Source: Candidatus Latescibacterota bacterium
GTDB lineage: Bacteria; Latescibacterota; UBA2968
Assembly (NCBI GenBank): GCA_965205975.1
Contig: OZ242195.1
Coordinates: 928,001-992,000, forward strand
Direction: 5' to 3'
Length of the DNA: 64,000 nucleotides
Below the pieces are notes generated by a model, which saw nothing but the letters and a program-made list of their open reading frames with translations, was not told where the DNA came from and ran no database searches. Numbering within the stretch: the stretch's first letter is position 1; each line of letters begins with the position of its first letter. Below are positions 47,866-57,492 of the stretch, piece after piece. Position numbers and translations under genes: made by a program.

Positions 47866-47870
47866 GCTTT

Positions 47871-48605
47871 TTACAGTGCGCGTCCGCGCAAAACCTCGCG
47901 GCATTGTCCCTCGCTATTGCCCGTCACATTATAGGCAAAGGTATTCATGCGGCGATCTCGATGCGATGTGTTTGGTCCCGATCCGTGGATGGTCAATGCG
48001 CTAAAAAATACCCCATCACCCGGTTCCATCGGAACGGGCACCGCGTCTTCTCGCTCGCGATAGTGCCCCGGCAAAAATACGCCAAAACTCATTTGTGCAC
48101 GTTCGTGTTCTTGCAGACCCCATTTCTGGCTGCCGGGGATAAATTGAATACAGCCATTTTCATCGTCTGTCCCGTCAATGGCGAGTTGACAATTTACCAT
48201 CAGAGGCCGATTGTCTTCGCGTTTCCAATACGCGTAATCCTGGTGCCAGGGTATTGCCGTGCCATCGCGTGCGGCTTTCATCAATAGCTTGCTGTGATAC
48301 AGTGAGATATTCGGCCCGATCAGTGTCTCTATAATATCCAACATATCATCACAGCGCAATGCGCGATTTAACCCTGTGCTGACCACTTCGCTGTGCATCA
48401 ACTGTCGGATGCGTTTGGGCGCGTGCCCATCCTCGAATTCTTCCCATGAGATTCCGACTCTGTCGGGCATGTTTTTTGCCATTCGCTCGTGCAAGTCCGC
48501 AATTTCGCGTTCGATATGGGAAATCTCTCCGGAAGTGATCAATCCCTTTTTTAACACATATCCATTCTGGTCGTAGAATTTCCGTTCTGCATCCGTTAGC
48601 CCCAT
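47871..48605 (-). CDS. Phytanoyl-CoA dioxygenase (PhyH) family
   Basis: PWHQD, ENGCIQFIPGS, TIHGSGPN...RR. Confidence 0.92.
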   Translation of the reverse strand: MGLTDAERKFYDQNGYVLKKGLITSGEISHIEREIADLHERMAKNMPDRVGISWEEFEDGHAPKRIRQLMHSEVVSTGLNRALRCDDMLDIIETLIGPNISLYHSKLLMKAARDGTAIPWHQDYAYWKREDNRPLMVNCQLAIDGTDDENGCIQFIPGSQKWGLQEHERAQMSFGVFLPGHYREREDAVPVPMEPGDGVFFSALTIHGSGPNTSHRDRRMNTFAYNVTGNSEGQCREVLRGRAL

Positions 48606-48713
48606 TGGACACTCCTTTTGTAGTTTCAACCAGCATCTAATTTACAAATTATGACACGCTCTTGCAAAATCAATTATATTTATAGAGCGGAAATTAGAAA
48701 TAGGGAACAGAAA

Positions 48714-48732
48714 GAGAATGATTAACGTCATA
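48714..48732 (+). promoter_or_regulatory. Possible Fur-like box upstream of the beta-propeller cluster
   Basis: GAGAATGATTAACGTCATA matches 13/19 of GATAATGATAATCATTATC, but the context is AT-rich. Confidence 0.25.
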
Positions 48733-48837
48733 AGAGATTGATGTGTTTTTGGCCCAGGCACGATCTGGGGTATGTATGTTAGAAAAAAAACCGACCTTTT
48801 TTCACCGCCCAATTGGGCATTAAAATAAGGAAAGCCG

Positions 48838-50994
48838 ATGAAAATACGTATTTTTTTTGCTTTGTTGTTCTGTATCTCTCTTTTGGGAAGTATTTCTGAG
48901 GCATCTGATTGGACGCACTGGCGCGGTCCTATGCAAAATGGCGCTTCGCCAGAGACGGAGCTTATTTCTACATGGTCTCTTGATGGAGAAAATCTGATCT
49001 GGCGCCGCGAGTTTATCGGCAGATCTACACCGATTATTGTAAATGGTCGGGTCTATGTTATCGGGCGAACCGGCAAAGACATAACCGAGCAGGAGCACAT
49101 TGCGTGTTTTGATGCAGAAACGGGCGACCTCTTATGGGAAAAAAAGTTCAATGTCTGGCACTCAACCATAACCTTCAATCGTCTGGGATGGGCAAGCCTG
49201 GGGGCCGATGGCGAGACCGGTAATATTTACGCCCATCTCGTCAGTGGGTTATTGATCTGTTTTGATACCGATGGCTATGTCCAGTGGCAACGGTCTCTAA
49301 CCGAAGAATTTAACCGATTCTCCGGTTATGGCGGGCGATTGCACACGCCCGTTGTCGATGGCGATCTGGTCATCATCAGCATGGGCAATCGCGGATGGGC
49401 TGGTGTACCGCCTTCTCATCGGTATGTTGCCTTTAATAAACACACGGGTGAAACCGCGTGGATGGCTCGTCCAGGCGGCGGTGGGCAGGTCGATTTAACC
49501 GTTTACTCTACGCCTGTTGTCACGACAATTGATGGGCAGCGCGTGTTGGTTGCCGGCAATGGCAATGGCGGCATTTTTGCCTTTAAAGTCGCAACGGGTG
49601 AAAAAGTATGGGGTTTTCCATTCAGTAAGCGCGGCATCAACACCTCGCCTGTCGTGGCTGATAATCGCGTTTTTGTCACACACAGCGAAGAAAATGTCGA
49701 TAATACCGCCCTGGGTCGCGTTGCGTGTTTGGATGCGAGCACGGGCAAAGAAATCTGGCGACAAGACGGTATGACCGCGGGCTATGCTTCGCCAGCAGTC
49801 CACGATGGGCGCGTCTATGTTATAGATAATTCGGCCAATGTGCATTGTTTGGACGCCAGGACGGGGAAGCAATATTGGGAGCAAAATATCGGCACTGTGG
49901 GCAAGGGATCGCCGACATGGGCCGATGGCAAACTCTATGTTACTGAAGTCAATGGCGGCTTCCAGATTCTCAAAACGAACAATATGGGCGCGGAAGTTCT
50001 CGACAAAAAGAAAATCGCAATGCCCGAGGGCGGACATGCCGAGATCTATGGGTCGGTCGCTGTTGCGTATCGTCGTATCTATTTTGCGACCGAAGCCGGG
50101 TTATTTTGTCTGGGTGATAAAAACGCGCGATTTGAAGTAACACCTTCTCCTCAGACAAAGCACGAAAGCGCGCCCGCTGGTGCAAAACCCGCATCTATTC
50201 TATCTATTCCGGCTGAGGCTACTATACAACAGGGCGAGGTGTTGCCCCTGCGGGCAGAGGCTTATGATGAGAAGGGGCGCTTGATCGGCAATGCCGACGC
50301 CGAGTGGTTGTTGAACGGCCTGGCTGGAGAAATAAAGAATAATCAGTTTGTACCATCCCGACCGGGACAGGGCGGTTGGATCACGGCCAAACTGGGTGAA
50401 TTAACCCGACAGACATGGGTGCGCGTGGTGCCCGATGTGCCCTGGACAGAAGATTTTGAAAATGTCGAAGTTGGCACAAATCCATTGCACTGGGTGTGGG
50501 GAGGCAGGGGTTTTGCGGTGGAGGAAAAAGATGGCAACAAGGTCCTGGCAAAACCGCCGGCTGCACGCGGCTTAGATCGTTCAAATCTCTATGTGGCGCC
50601 GTACAAACTCAGTGGTTATACTATTCAAGCCGATCTTATGGGTACGCAAAACAAACGTCGTCGTCCCGATATGGGTCTCATCGCGCATCGCTATATTCTC
50701 GACCTTCAGGGCATTCACCAGCGCCTCGAAGTTCGGTCGTGGTCGTCGGATTTGCGCATGGCAAAACGCATCGATTTCCACTGGGACATGGGCGTGTGGT
50801 ACACCATGAAAATGAGAGTTGATATCGAAGGCGGTAAAGCTATTGTTCGGGGTAAAGTTTGGGAAAAAGGTCATACCGAACCCGATGCGTGGAGTATTGA
50901 AGTAGAGGATCCCCTGCCTATAGAAGAAGGCAGCCCTGCCCTTTACGGCTATTCACCCGCCACGATTTACTACGATAATGTGAAAATGTGGTAA
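48838..50994 (+). CDS. Secreted PQQ-like beta-propeller protein with C-terminal Ig-like and lectin-like domains
   Basis: Signal peptide, DWTHWRGP, repeated CxDAxTGxxxW blades, beta-sandwich tail. Confidence 0.85.
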   Translation: MKIRIFFALLFCISLLGSISEASDWTHWRGPMQNGASPETELISTWSLDGENLIWRREFIGRSTPIIVNGRVYVIGRTGKDITEQEHIACFDAETGDLLWEKKFNVWHSTITFNRLGWASLGADGETGNIYAHLVSGLLICFDTDGYVQWQRSLTEEFNRFSGYGGRLHTPVVDGDLVIISMGNRGWAGVPPSHRYVAFNKHTGETAWMARPGGGGQVDLTVYSTPVVTTIDGQRVLVAGNGNGGIFAFKVATGEKVWGFPFSKRGINTSPVVADNRVFVTHSEENVDNTALGRVACLDASTGKEIWRQDGMTAGYASPAVHDGRVYVIDNSANVHCLDARTGKQYWEQNIGTVGKGSPTWADGKLYVTEVNGGFQILKTNNMGAEVLDKKKIAMPEGGHAEIYGSVAVAYRRIYFATEAGLFCLGDKNARFEVTPSPQTKHESAPAGAKPASILSIPAEATIQQGEVLPLRAEAYDEKGRLIGNADAEWLLNGLAGEIKNNQFVPSRPGQGGWITAKLGELTRQTWVRVVPDVPWTEDFENVEVGTNPLHWVWGGRGFAVEEKDGNKVLAKPPAARGLDRSNLYVAPYKLSGYTIQADLMGTQNKRRRPDMGLIAHRYILDLQGIHQRLEVRSWSSDLRMAKRIDFHWDMGVWYTMKMRVDIEGGKAIVRGKVWEKGHTEPDAWSIEVEDPLPIEEGSPALYGYSPATIYYDNVKMW

Positions 50995-51026
50995 TCTTCA
51001 TAAACCCTTACATATAAAGGAATAAA

Positions 51027-52454
51027 ATGAAATTGAAAAGATTTTTAAGCGGATGTGTCATCGCTGGTTTGATTGTATCGGCTGGTATTGCCGAAGAGAC
51101 CATGTGGGGATTTACCCCGGATCGCAACCTCGTGTCAGACGCGAAGAATTTGCCGACGAGTTGGAATACAGAAACAGGGGAAAATATCGCCTGGAAAGCA
51201 GCCCTCGGCGCGCAGTCTTACGCTGGCCCCATCAGGATCGGGGGCAAAATATTTATGGGGACAAATAATCAGATCGAGCGCAACCCCAAAATCACGGGTG
51301 ACAAGGGCGTGATCATGGCTTTTCAGGAATCCGATGGAAAATTTCTCTGGCAAGCAGCGCATCCCAAGCTGCCCGCGGGGCGCGTCAATGACTGGCCACA
51401 ACAGGGCATTTGCTCCACGCCTTATATTCGCGGAGATCGGATGTATTATATCTCGAATCAATGTCGCGTGGTGTGCGCGGATACAGAGGGTTTTTTGGAT
51501 GGGGAAAATGATGGTCCGTACACAGGGGAAGAGGATACAAGCGACATCGGTGTGGATATTATCTGGGAATACGACATGATGGAAGAACTGGATGTGTTCC
51601 CTCACAATTTGGCGACCTGTTCGCCCGTGGGGGCGGGCAATCTGCTGTTTGTCATCACCGCCAATGGTGTTGATGAAGGTCACGTCGCCATTCCGTCGCC
51701 TCTGTCGCCCAGCTTTATTGCGGTCGATCTCAATACGGGGGAACTGGTATGGGAAAAAGCCTATCCGGGTGAAAGTATCTTGCACGGGCAGTGGTCCAAT
51801 CCCGCTTATGGCGTTATCAATGGCAAGCCGCAGGTGATCTGCCCTGGGGGCGATGGCTGGGTTTATTCGGTGGAACCCGAGACCGGGGACTTGATCTGGA
51901 AATTTGACTGCAATCCAAAAGATTCTGTATGGGAGTTGGGCGGACGCGGTACGCGCAATGCGATTATTTCCACTCCCGTTATTTACGATAACAAGGTTTT
52001 TATCGGTGTTGGGCAAGATCCCGAACACGGTGAGGGTATTGGTCATTTGTGGGCTATTGACGCGACGGGTACAGGTGATGTGACGGGAAGCCATGCGGTG
52101 TGGCACTTTGGCAATGAAAATTACAACCGAACTATTTCTACGGTGGGCATCAGCGATGGCCTGCTCTATGCAGCAGATCTGAGTGGGTTTGTCTATTGTC
52201 TCGATCTGAAAACTGGCACACAGCACTGGAAATACGACACATTTGCCGCGATATGGGGATCGCCTTTTGTGGCTGATGGGAAGGTGTACATTGGAGATGA
52301 AGATGGCGATGTGGCGATTTTGAAAGCCGGAACCGAGTTTGAATTGATCAACGAAATCAATATGGGCAGCGCCGTATATACCACGCCTATTGCAAAAGAT
52401 GGCATGCTCTATATTGGCACGCGCAATACGTTATATGCAATTAAGGGCAAATAG
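51027..52454 (+). CDS. Secreted PQQ-like beta-propeller protein
   Basis: Signal peptide, repeated AVDLNTGELVW/CLDLKTG blades. Confidence 0.85.
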   Translation: MKLKRFLSGCVIAGLIVSAGIAEETMWGFTPDRNLVSDAKNLPTSWNTETGENIAWKAALGAQSYAGPIRIGGKIFMGTNNQIERNPKITGDKGVIMAFQESDGKFLWQAAHPKLPAGRVNDWPQQGICSTPYIRGDRMYYISNQCRVVCADTEGFLDGENDGPYTGEEDTSDIGVDIIWEYDMMEELDVFPHNLATCSPVGAGNLLFVITANGVDEGHVAIPSPLSPSFIAVDLNTGELVWEKAYPGESILHGQWSNPAYGVINGKPQVICPGGDGWVYSVEPETGDLIWKFDCNPKDSVWELGGRGTRNAIISTPVIYDNKVFIGVGQDPEHGEGIGHLWAIDATGTGDVTGSHAVWHFGNENYNRTISTVGISDGLLYAADLSGFVYCLDLKTGTQHWKYDTFAAIWGSPFVADGKVYIGDEDGDVAILKAGTEFELINEINMGSAVYTTPIAKDGMLYIGTRNTLYAIKGK

Positions 52455-52470
52455 AAGAGGTCATTACAAT

Positions 52471-53559
52471 ATGGAAGTGTTGGCAACATCTTTTGCTGAT
52501 AAGATCAAAGAAGCGCGCGATACCCTCGATGCCCATGTGCGAGATATGGTCGCCTGGCATTTTAATCCCGGTACGGGATGTCCTTTCTGGCTGGAATTTG
52601 CAGAGGAATTGGATTTTGATCCTCGGCGGGAGATCGGTGGATACAGTGACTTGAAATATCTCGGGCATTTCCAGGACGAATGGTTGCGTGGGGGACCCGT
52701 GCGGCGATGGATCCCCAGGGGGAGTGAGGCACAGCGGACTTATGTCTTTGAGACGGGTGGCTCAACCGGTGTTCCCAAATATCGGATCAGCCAAAATGAT
52801 TTTCAGATCGACTACGAAATGTTCAGCGAGCACCTTTCTGAAGAAACATTTCCAAAAGGTGCAGACTGGTTGATGCTGGGACCAACAGGTCCCCGGCGAT
52901 TGCGTCTGGCTGTGGAATATCTCTGTCAGATTCGCGGTGGAATTTGTTTTCTCGTGGATCTCGATCCCCGATGGGTCAACAAGCTGATCACGCGCGGCGC
53001 GCTCCAGGAATTGGAGCTTTACAAAGCGCATGTTATCGATCAGGCGCTCACTATTTTGCGCGCGAACGATAATGTGAAGTGCATGTTCACGACTCCTAAG
53101 CTCCTCGAAGAATTGTGCGAAAAAATTTCCCTGCAAAAAGCCGGGATCAGCGGCATTTTTTGCGGCGGTACAGAGATGAATGCACAATTTAATCGGTTTG
53201 CGAGAGAAGAGCTTATCCCGGGCATCGATTTTGTTCCTACCTACGGCAATACCCTGATGGGACTGGCTTATTCCAAACCGCTCGAACCCGGAGATAACTA
53301 CGCGATTACGTATTATCCGCCCGTGCCCCGCGCGTTTATAGAACTGGTGAATCCAAATAATCCCGATGAAGAGGTCGATTACGACGAAGTCGGGCGCGTG
53401 ATGCTGACGACGCTCACAAAAGAATTTTTTATGCCCCGCTTTCTCGAACGCGATGAGGCCGAACGCGCCAAACCCATTGAGGCTTACCCCTGGGATGGCG
53501 TGAGAAACCTGGGGCTGTTCTCCGAATTGCAGGAATCAGTCGTCGTTGGGGTGTATTAA
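52471..53559 (+). CDS. GriC/EhpF-like truncated adenylate-forming enzyme (arylcarboxylate reductase component)
   Basis: WHFNPGTGCPFW, P-loop ETGGSTGVPK, GPTGP, DLDPRWV, YGNTL, FLERD. About 362 aa, lacking the ANL C-terminal domain. Confidence 0.75.
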   Translation: MEVLATSFADKIKEARDTLDAHVRDMVAWHFNPGTGCPFWLEFAEELDFDPRREIGGYSDLKYLGHFQDEWLRGGPVRRWIPRGSEAQRTYVFETGGSTGVPKYRISQNDFQIDYEMFSEHLSEETFPKGADWLMLGPTGPRRLRLAVEYLCQIRGGICFLVDLDPRWVNKLITRGALQELELYKAHVIDQALTILRANDNVKCMFTTPKLLEELCEKISLQKAGISGIFCGGTEMNAQFNRFAREELIPGIDFVPTYGNTLMGLAYSKPLEPGDNYAITYYPPVPRAFIELVNPNNPDEEVDYDEVGRVMLTTLTKEFFMPRFLERDEAERAKPIEAYPWDGVRNLGLFSELQESVVVGVY

Positions 53560-53581
53560 ATTGGGCGGATCGTTTATCCTA

Positions 53582-54727
53582 TCAGGGTAACCCCAACTCA
53601 TGGCAGAAAGTAGAAAATGGCAGCACGCGCGTGTTGTCTGTTGCATTGCCAAAATCCTTTGTGCCCAGATGTACCTGGTAAAATCGCGGAATATCTGTTC
53701 GCTCTCTGAAGTATCGACAGGTGGGAGAAGTACCGCGCTCGCCAGTTTTGCACTCAACGGCAAATTCCGCATAGCCGTCGCGGAGAACGACAAAATCTAC
53801 CTCGCGCTTGTCGGTATCTCGGATAAAGCGCAATTCCATGTCATATCCTTCTGTATCTTCGACGTAGTGGCAGTATTTCAGCAAGTGTCCGGCCACCATG
53901 TTCTCAAAACGGGCACCTGGGTCTGCTACGCGCGACCAGTCCCAGAAATACAGTTTTTTCTCCTTGCGCACAGCTCTGATCCTTTTCGCACCAAATGGTG
54001 GGATGCGGTAGCACAGGTACAGTCTTTCAAAAATCGAAAGCCAGCGTTCGACGGTTTCGTAAGCCACTTGTAATAGTTTGCTGAGGCTGTTGACCGAAAG
54101 CGGAGATCCCACGCAGGCGGGTAAGTGAGACAGTAGCAGGTCCAGCATGGATATTTCTCGTACATTTTCCAGGTCTCGGAGGTCTTCATAGATGACTCTT
54201 GCGGAATGCTCGCGTAGCCATCTGCGGTGAAATCGCGCCTCCCCCTTGAGAAGAGGCTCGGGAAAACCGCCAAATCTGAGCAATTGCGCCACGAGCGCGT
54301 TATCAGACTTTTGTCCGCATTCCATCAGGGTGAAGGGATGCAGGCGGTAGTAGTGATACCGCCCTTGCAAGGAGTCGCCGCCTTTGCGGTAGTAATCCAG
54401 CCGTGCCGAGCCAGTGACAATAAAAGAAACGGATGTCTTGTTTTTGTCGAATAGTCCCTTCATTAGATTTCGCCATTGCGCGTACTTGTGAATTTCATCG
54501 AAAATAATGCGGGTTTGTCCAGAAGGGAGTCTTCCCGCCAGAATATTCGCGCGATCGGCGAGTACATCCCAATTCAGGTAGGCGGGTGATGACTCATTCT
54601 GATCTTGCCCCAGCAGGGAGATTGCGAGTGTTGTTTTTCCAACCTGTCGAGGGCCGCCGACGAATATCATCCTGTTCGTGATATCTGATTCGATATGGTC
54701 TAAGATGTAGCGAGGTTCCATATTCAT
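53582..54727 (-). CDS. AAA_14 ATPase with DUF4143 and C-terminal PD-(D/E)xK-like motif
   Basis: GPRQVGKTT, FDEIHK, TGSAR, DSLQGR, GGFPE, KLYFWD, REVDF...VECK. Confidence 0.92.
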   Translation of the reverse strand: MNMEPRYILDHIESDITNRMIFVGGPRQVGKTTLAISLLGQDQNESSPAYLNWDVLADRANILAGRLPSGQTRIIFDEIHKYAQWRNLMKGLFDKNKTSVSFIVTGSARLDYYRKGGDSLQGRYHYYRLHPFTLMECGQKSDNALVAQLLRFGGFPEPLLKGEARFHRRWLREHSARVIYEDLRDLENVREISMLDLLLSHLPACVGSPLSVNSLSKLLQVAYETVERWLSIFERLYLCYRIPPFGAKRIRAVRKEKKLYFWDWSRVADPGARFENMVAGHLLKYCHYVEDTEGYDMELRFIRDTDKREVDFVVLRDGYAEFAVECKTGERGTSPTCRYFRERTDIPRFYQVHLGTKDFGNATDNTRVLPFSTFCHELGLP

Positions 54728-54745
54728 CACCTTTTTCGCATGTCG

Positions 54746-54809
54746 TGAGTATTTTAGACTATATCTTAATATACTCATGAGTGTTTTAGAGTCAATATGA
54801 AAATACTCA
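54746..54809. promoter_or_regulatory. Two tandem 32-bp imperfect palindromes (putative operator)
   Basis: tgagtattttagactatatcttaatatactca / tgagtgttttagagtcaatatgaaaatactca. Confidence 0.65.
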
Positions 54810-54942
54810 TATATCTCATTGTGCTTGCTTTTACTGGAAAGAAAAGCTAATTTTCTATGCTAAACGCGAGTTAAAGCCGCACCTGGAGATGATTTAACGG
54901 TTATCAAATTTCTTTTCTGAATGTTGTAGAGAGGCGAAATAC

Positions 54943-56367
54943 ATGATTCACTTACCCATTTTACGCGCGGGGGAACCGTACACGAGCTTGAGCGTTCAGG
55001 AAGTGTCGCATATTCAAACTGGCGAACCGCTCGTTCGGGTCAGTCAGGCAAACCGGGGGTTGGTCGCTAAGGACTTAAATGCAGCGACGGCGAACAAACA
55101 GGTGCTCGACAGGCTGAGTGTATCCGAACTCGTGGGCATAACCCGCGAAGCTGCGCGCTTATTTGCAGAAGCTGATTTGCCAATTGGTGACCATATCCAG
55201 ACGCCCGATGATTATGTCAAACAGGTTTCTGGCACAACGGGTATGCCCGAAGCGCTCTGCCGTGCGAATATGGAGAAGATTCAACTCGTGTGTACGGAGA
55301 TCGAAGCTATTTTAGGAGGTCTCACGCGCGGGTTAGATCTCGCTGTTCTCGATGAGGGCTGGCACAACCAGGATGGTCGCTCTCTCAGCTATATTTGTCA
55401 GGCCGATGCACTCGGAGCTATATTGCCGAGCAATTCGCCAGGGGTACACGCGCTGTGGGTTCCATCCATCCCGCTCAAAGTGCCCCTTGTTTTAAAACCC
55501 GGGCGCGAAGAGCCCTGGACGCCTTTCCGAATTGCACAGGCGTTTATAGAAGCGGGGTGCCCGCCAGAAGCGTTTGGGTTCTATCCGACGGATCACGGTG
55601 GTGCTACTGAAATTTTGATTCGATGTGGTCGCTCCATGCTCTTTGGGGGCGGGGCGACGGTCGCCCCCTGGCTGGGCGATCCCCGCGTGGAAATTCATGG
55701 GCCTGGGCAGAGTAAGGTCATTATTGGTGAAGATATGATAGATCGCTGGGAAGACTGTCTCGATATCGCCGTTGCTTCAATTACTGCAAATGGCGGTCGC
55801 TCTTGTATCAATGCGTCGGGCGTTTGGGTTCCCGCGCATGGTCGAGAAATTGCCGAAGCACTCGCAGAGCGATTGGCAAAAATTGTCGGGAGACCTCTGG
55901 ATGATCCGGAGGCGCAGATCGCGGCATTTACCAATCCCACATTCGCCGATCAAATTTCGACAGCGATAGACATCCATCTGAAAACTCCAGGAGCCGAAGA
56001 TTTGACCGAGAAATTGCGCGGTGATCGGTTGGTCGAGATCGATGGATTGAAATTCTTAAACCCCACGGTTGTCCGGTGTGACGATTTTGAACATCCTCTT
56101 GCAAATACGGAATATTTATTCCCCTACGCGAGCGTGGTCGAAGTCTCGCAGTCGGAAATTTTGGATAAGATCGGACCGAGTCTCGTGGTGACAGCAATAA
56201 CAGAAGACCGTGCATTTATCGATAAATTGCTCAATTCGCCCCATGTAGAAAGACTCAATGTGGGGGCGATTCCCACGCATCAGATTTCATGGGATCAACC
56301 ACACGAGGGCAATTTGTTCGAACACCTGTACCGGCAGCGCGCGCTGCAATGGGCGAAACAGGCATAG
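54943..56367 (+). CDS. ALDH-superfamily acyl reductase (GriD/EhpG-like)
   Basis: PSNSPGVH, LKPG, catalytic Cys in GRSCINAS, HGPG where ALDHs have ELGG. Confidence 0.8.
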   Translation: MIHLPILRAGEPYTSLSVQEVSHIQTGEPLVRVSQANRGLVAKDLNAATANKQVLDRLSVSELVGITREAARLFAEADLPIGDHIQTPDDYVKQVSGTTGMPEALCRANMEKIQLVCTEIEAILGGLTRGLDLAVLDEGWHNQDGRSLSYICQADALGAILPSNSPGVHALWVPSIPLKVPLVLKPGREEPWTPFRIAQAFIEAGCPPEAFGFYPTDHGGATEILIRCGRSMLFGGGATVAPWLGDPRVEIHGPGQSKVIIGEDMIDRWEDCLDIAVASITANGGRSCINASGVWVPAHGREIAEALAERLAKIVGRPLDDPEAQIAAFTNPTFADQISTAIDIHLKTPGAEDLTEKLRGDRLVEIDGLKFLNPTVVRCDDFEHPLANTEYLFPYASVVEVSQSEILDKIGPSLVVTAITEDRAFIDKLLNSPHVERLNVGAIPTHQISWDQPHEGNLFEHLYRQRALQWAKQA

Positions 56368-56370
56368 GAG

Positions 56371-57486
56371 ATGAAAGCATTTGATTTTTATCCCACTACG
56401 CGCGTGGTGTTTGGGGAGGGCACACTCGCGCAGTTGGGGGAATTATCAAAAGAATTGGGTGGAAGCCGCATTCTTTTTGTAACCGATCCAGGGATTGTAA
56501 GTGCCGGGCTTGCAGACCGTGCGATTGTGGTGCTTCGGCGCGCTTCCCTGGATTTTTTTGTATTTGATAGTGTAGGTGAAAATCCCACGACCGCGCATAT
56601 TGGGACCGGTGTCACGTTTGCAAAAGCACAGGGAAATATTGATTTGATCGTCGGTATGGGTGGGGGAAGCGCGATGGATTGCGCTAAGGGGATCAATTTT
56701 ATCCTGACAAACGGCGGACAGATGGAAGATTATCGGGGTATGGGCCATGCGGCAAAACCCATGTTGCCCTCTATTGGGATTCCAACGACTGCAGGCACTG
56801 GGAGCGAAGCACAGTCCTACGCGCTTATTTCCGATGCAAAAACACATGTCAAGATGGCCTGTGGCGACCTGAAAGCGCGATTTCGAAGTGTTATTCTCGA
56901 TCCGTCGCTGGTCGAAAGTGTGCCGAAAGATGTCGCAGCAGCAGCGGGTATAGATGCCATTGCACACGCCATTGAAAGTTATGTTTGTACGCGCCGCACT
57001 GCCATTTCTATGATGTTCGCACAAAAGGCGTGGCAATTGCTTTCATCGAGTTTTGAAAGCGTACTGAAGGATGCTGCCAATAGCGAGACGAGAGGGAAAA
57101 TGCTTTTGGGGGCGCACTTTGCTGGCGCGGCTGTTGAGAACGCCATGTTGGGTGCAGCACATGCGTGTGCCAATCCATTGACCGCGCATTTTGGTATTGT
57201 ACATGGTGTCGCTGTGGCACTTATGCTGCCCGCTGTCGTCCAATTCAATGGAGAAACCGAAAGTACGCGCTATCGTGGACTTGGAGCGGATGTTGATGAA
57301 CTCGTCGAGAAGGTCGTTTTTCTAAAAGAATGTGCAAATCTGCCTTCTCGATTGCGCGACCTCGGTGTAGCACATGACTGCCTTCCAATGCTGGCAAGAG
57401 ATGCGACCGAACAATGGACGGGTACCTTTAATCCGAGACCCGTGGATGAAGATGATTTTCTCGCCCTTTACGAATCTGTGTATTGA
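56371..57486 (+). CDS. Iron-containing alcohol dehydrogenase
   Basis: GGGSAMDCAK, PTTAGTGSE, DAIAHAIE, LGAAHA, HG. Confidence 0.95.
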   Translation: MKAFDFYPTTRVVFGEGTLAQLGELSKELGGSRILFVTDPGIVSAGLADRAIVVLRRASLDFFVFDSVGENPTTAHIGTGVTFAKAQGNIDLIVGMGGGSAMDCAKGINFILTNGGQMEDYRGMGHAAKPMLPSIGIPTTAGTGSEAQSYALISDAKTHVKMACGDLKARFRSVILDPSLVESVPKDVAAAAGIDAIAHAIESYVCTRRTAISMMFAQKAWQLLSSSFESVLKDAANSETRGKMLLGAHFAGAAVENAMLGAAHACANPLTAHFGIVHGVAVALMLPAVVQFNGETESTRYRGLGADVDELVEKVVFLKECANLPSRLRDLGVAHDCLPMLARDATEQWTGTFNPRPVDEDDFLALYESVY

Positions 57487-57492
57487 TCCGCA

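Noticed and set aside
51135..52226. 363-aa minus-strand ORF and similar long antisense ORFs (e.g. 7366..8283, 47358..48287)
   Set aside because: They overlap well-supported genes on the opposite strand and have no protein-family features.
52471..56367. LuxCE bioluminescence or phenazine biosynthesis cluster
   Set aside because: Analogous chemistry, but no luxAB/luxD or phz core genes in the window.
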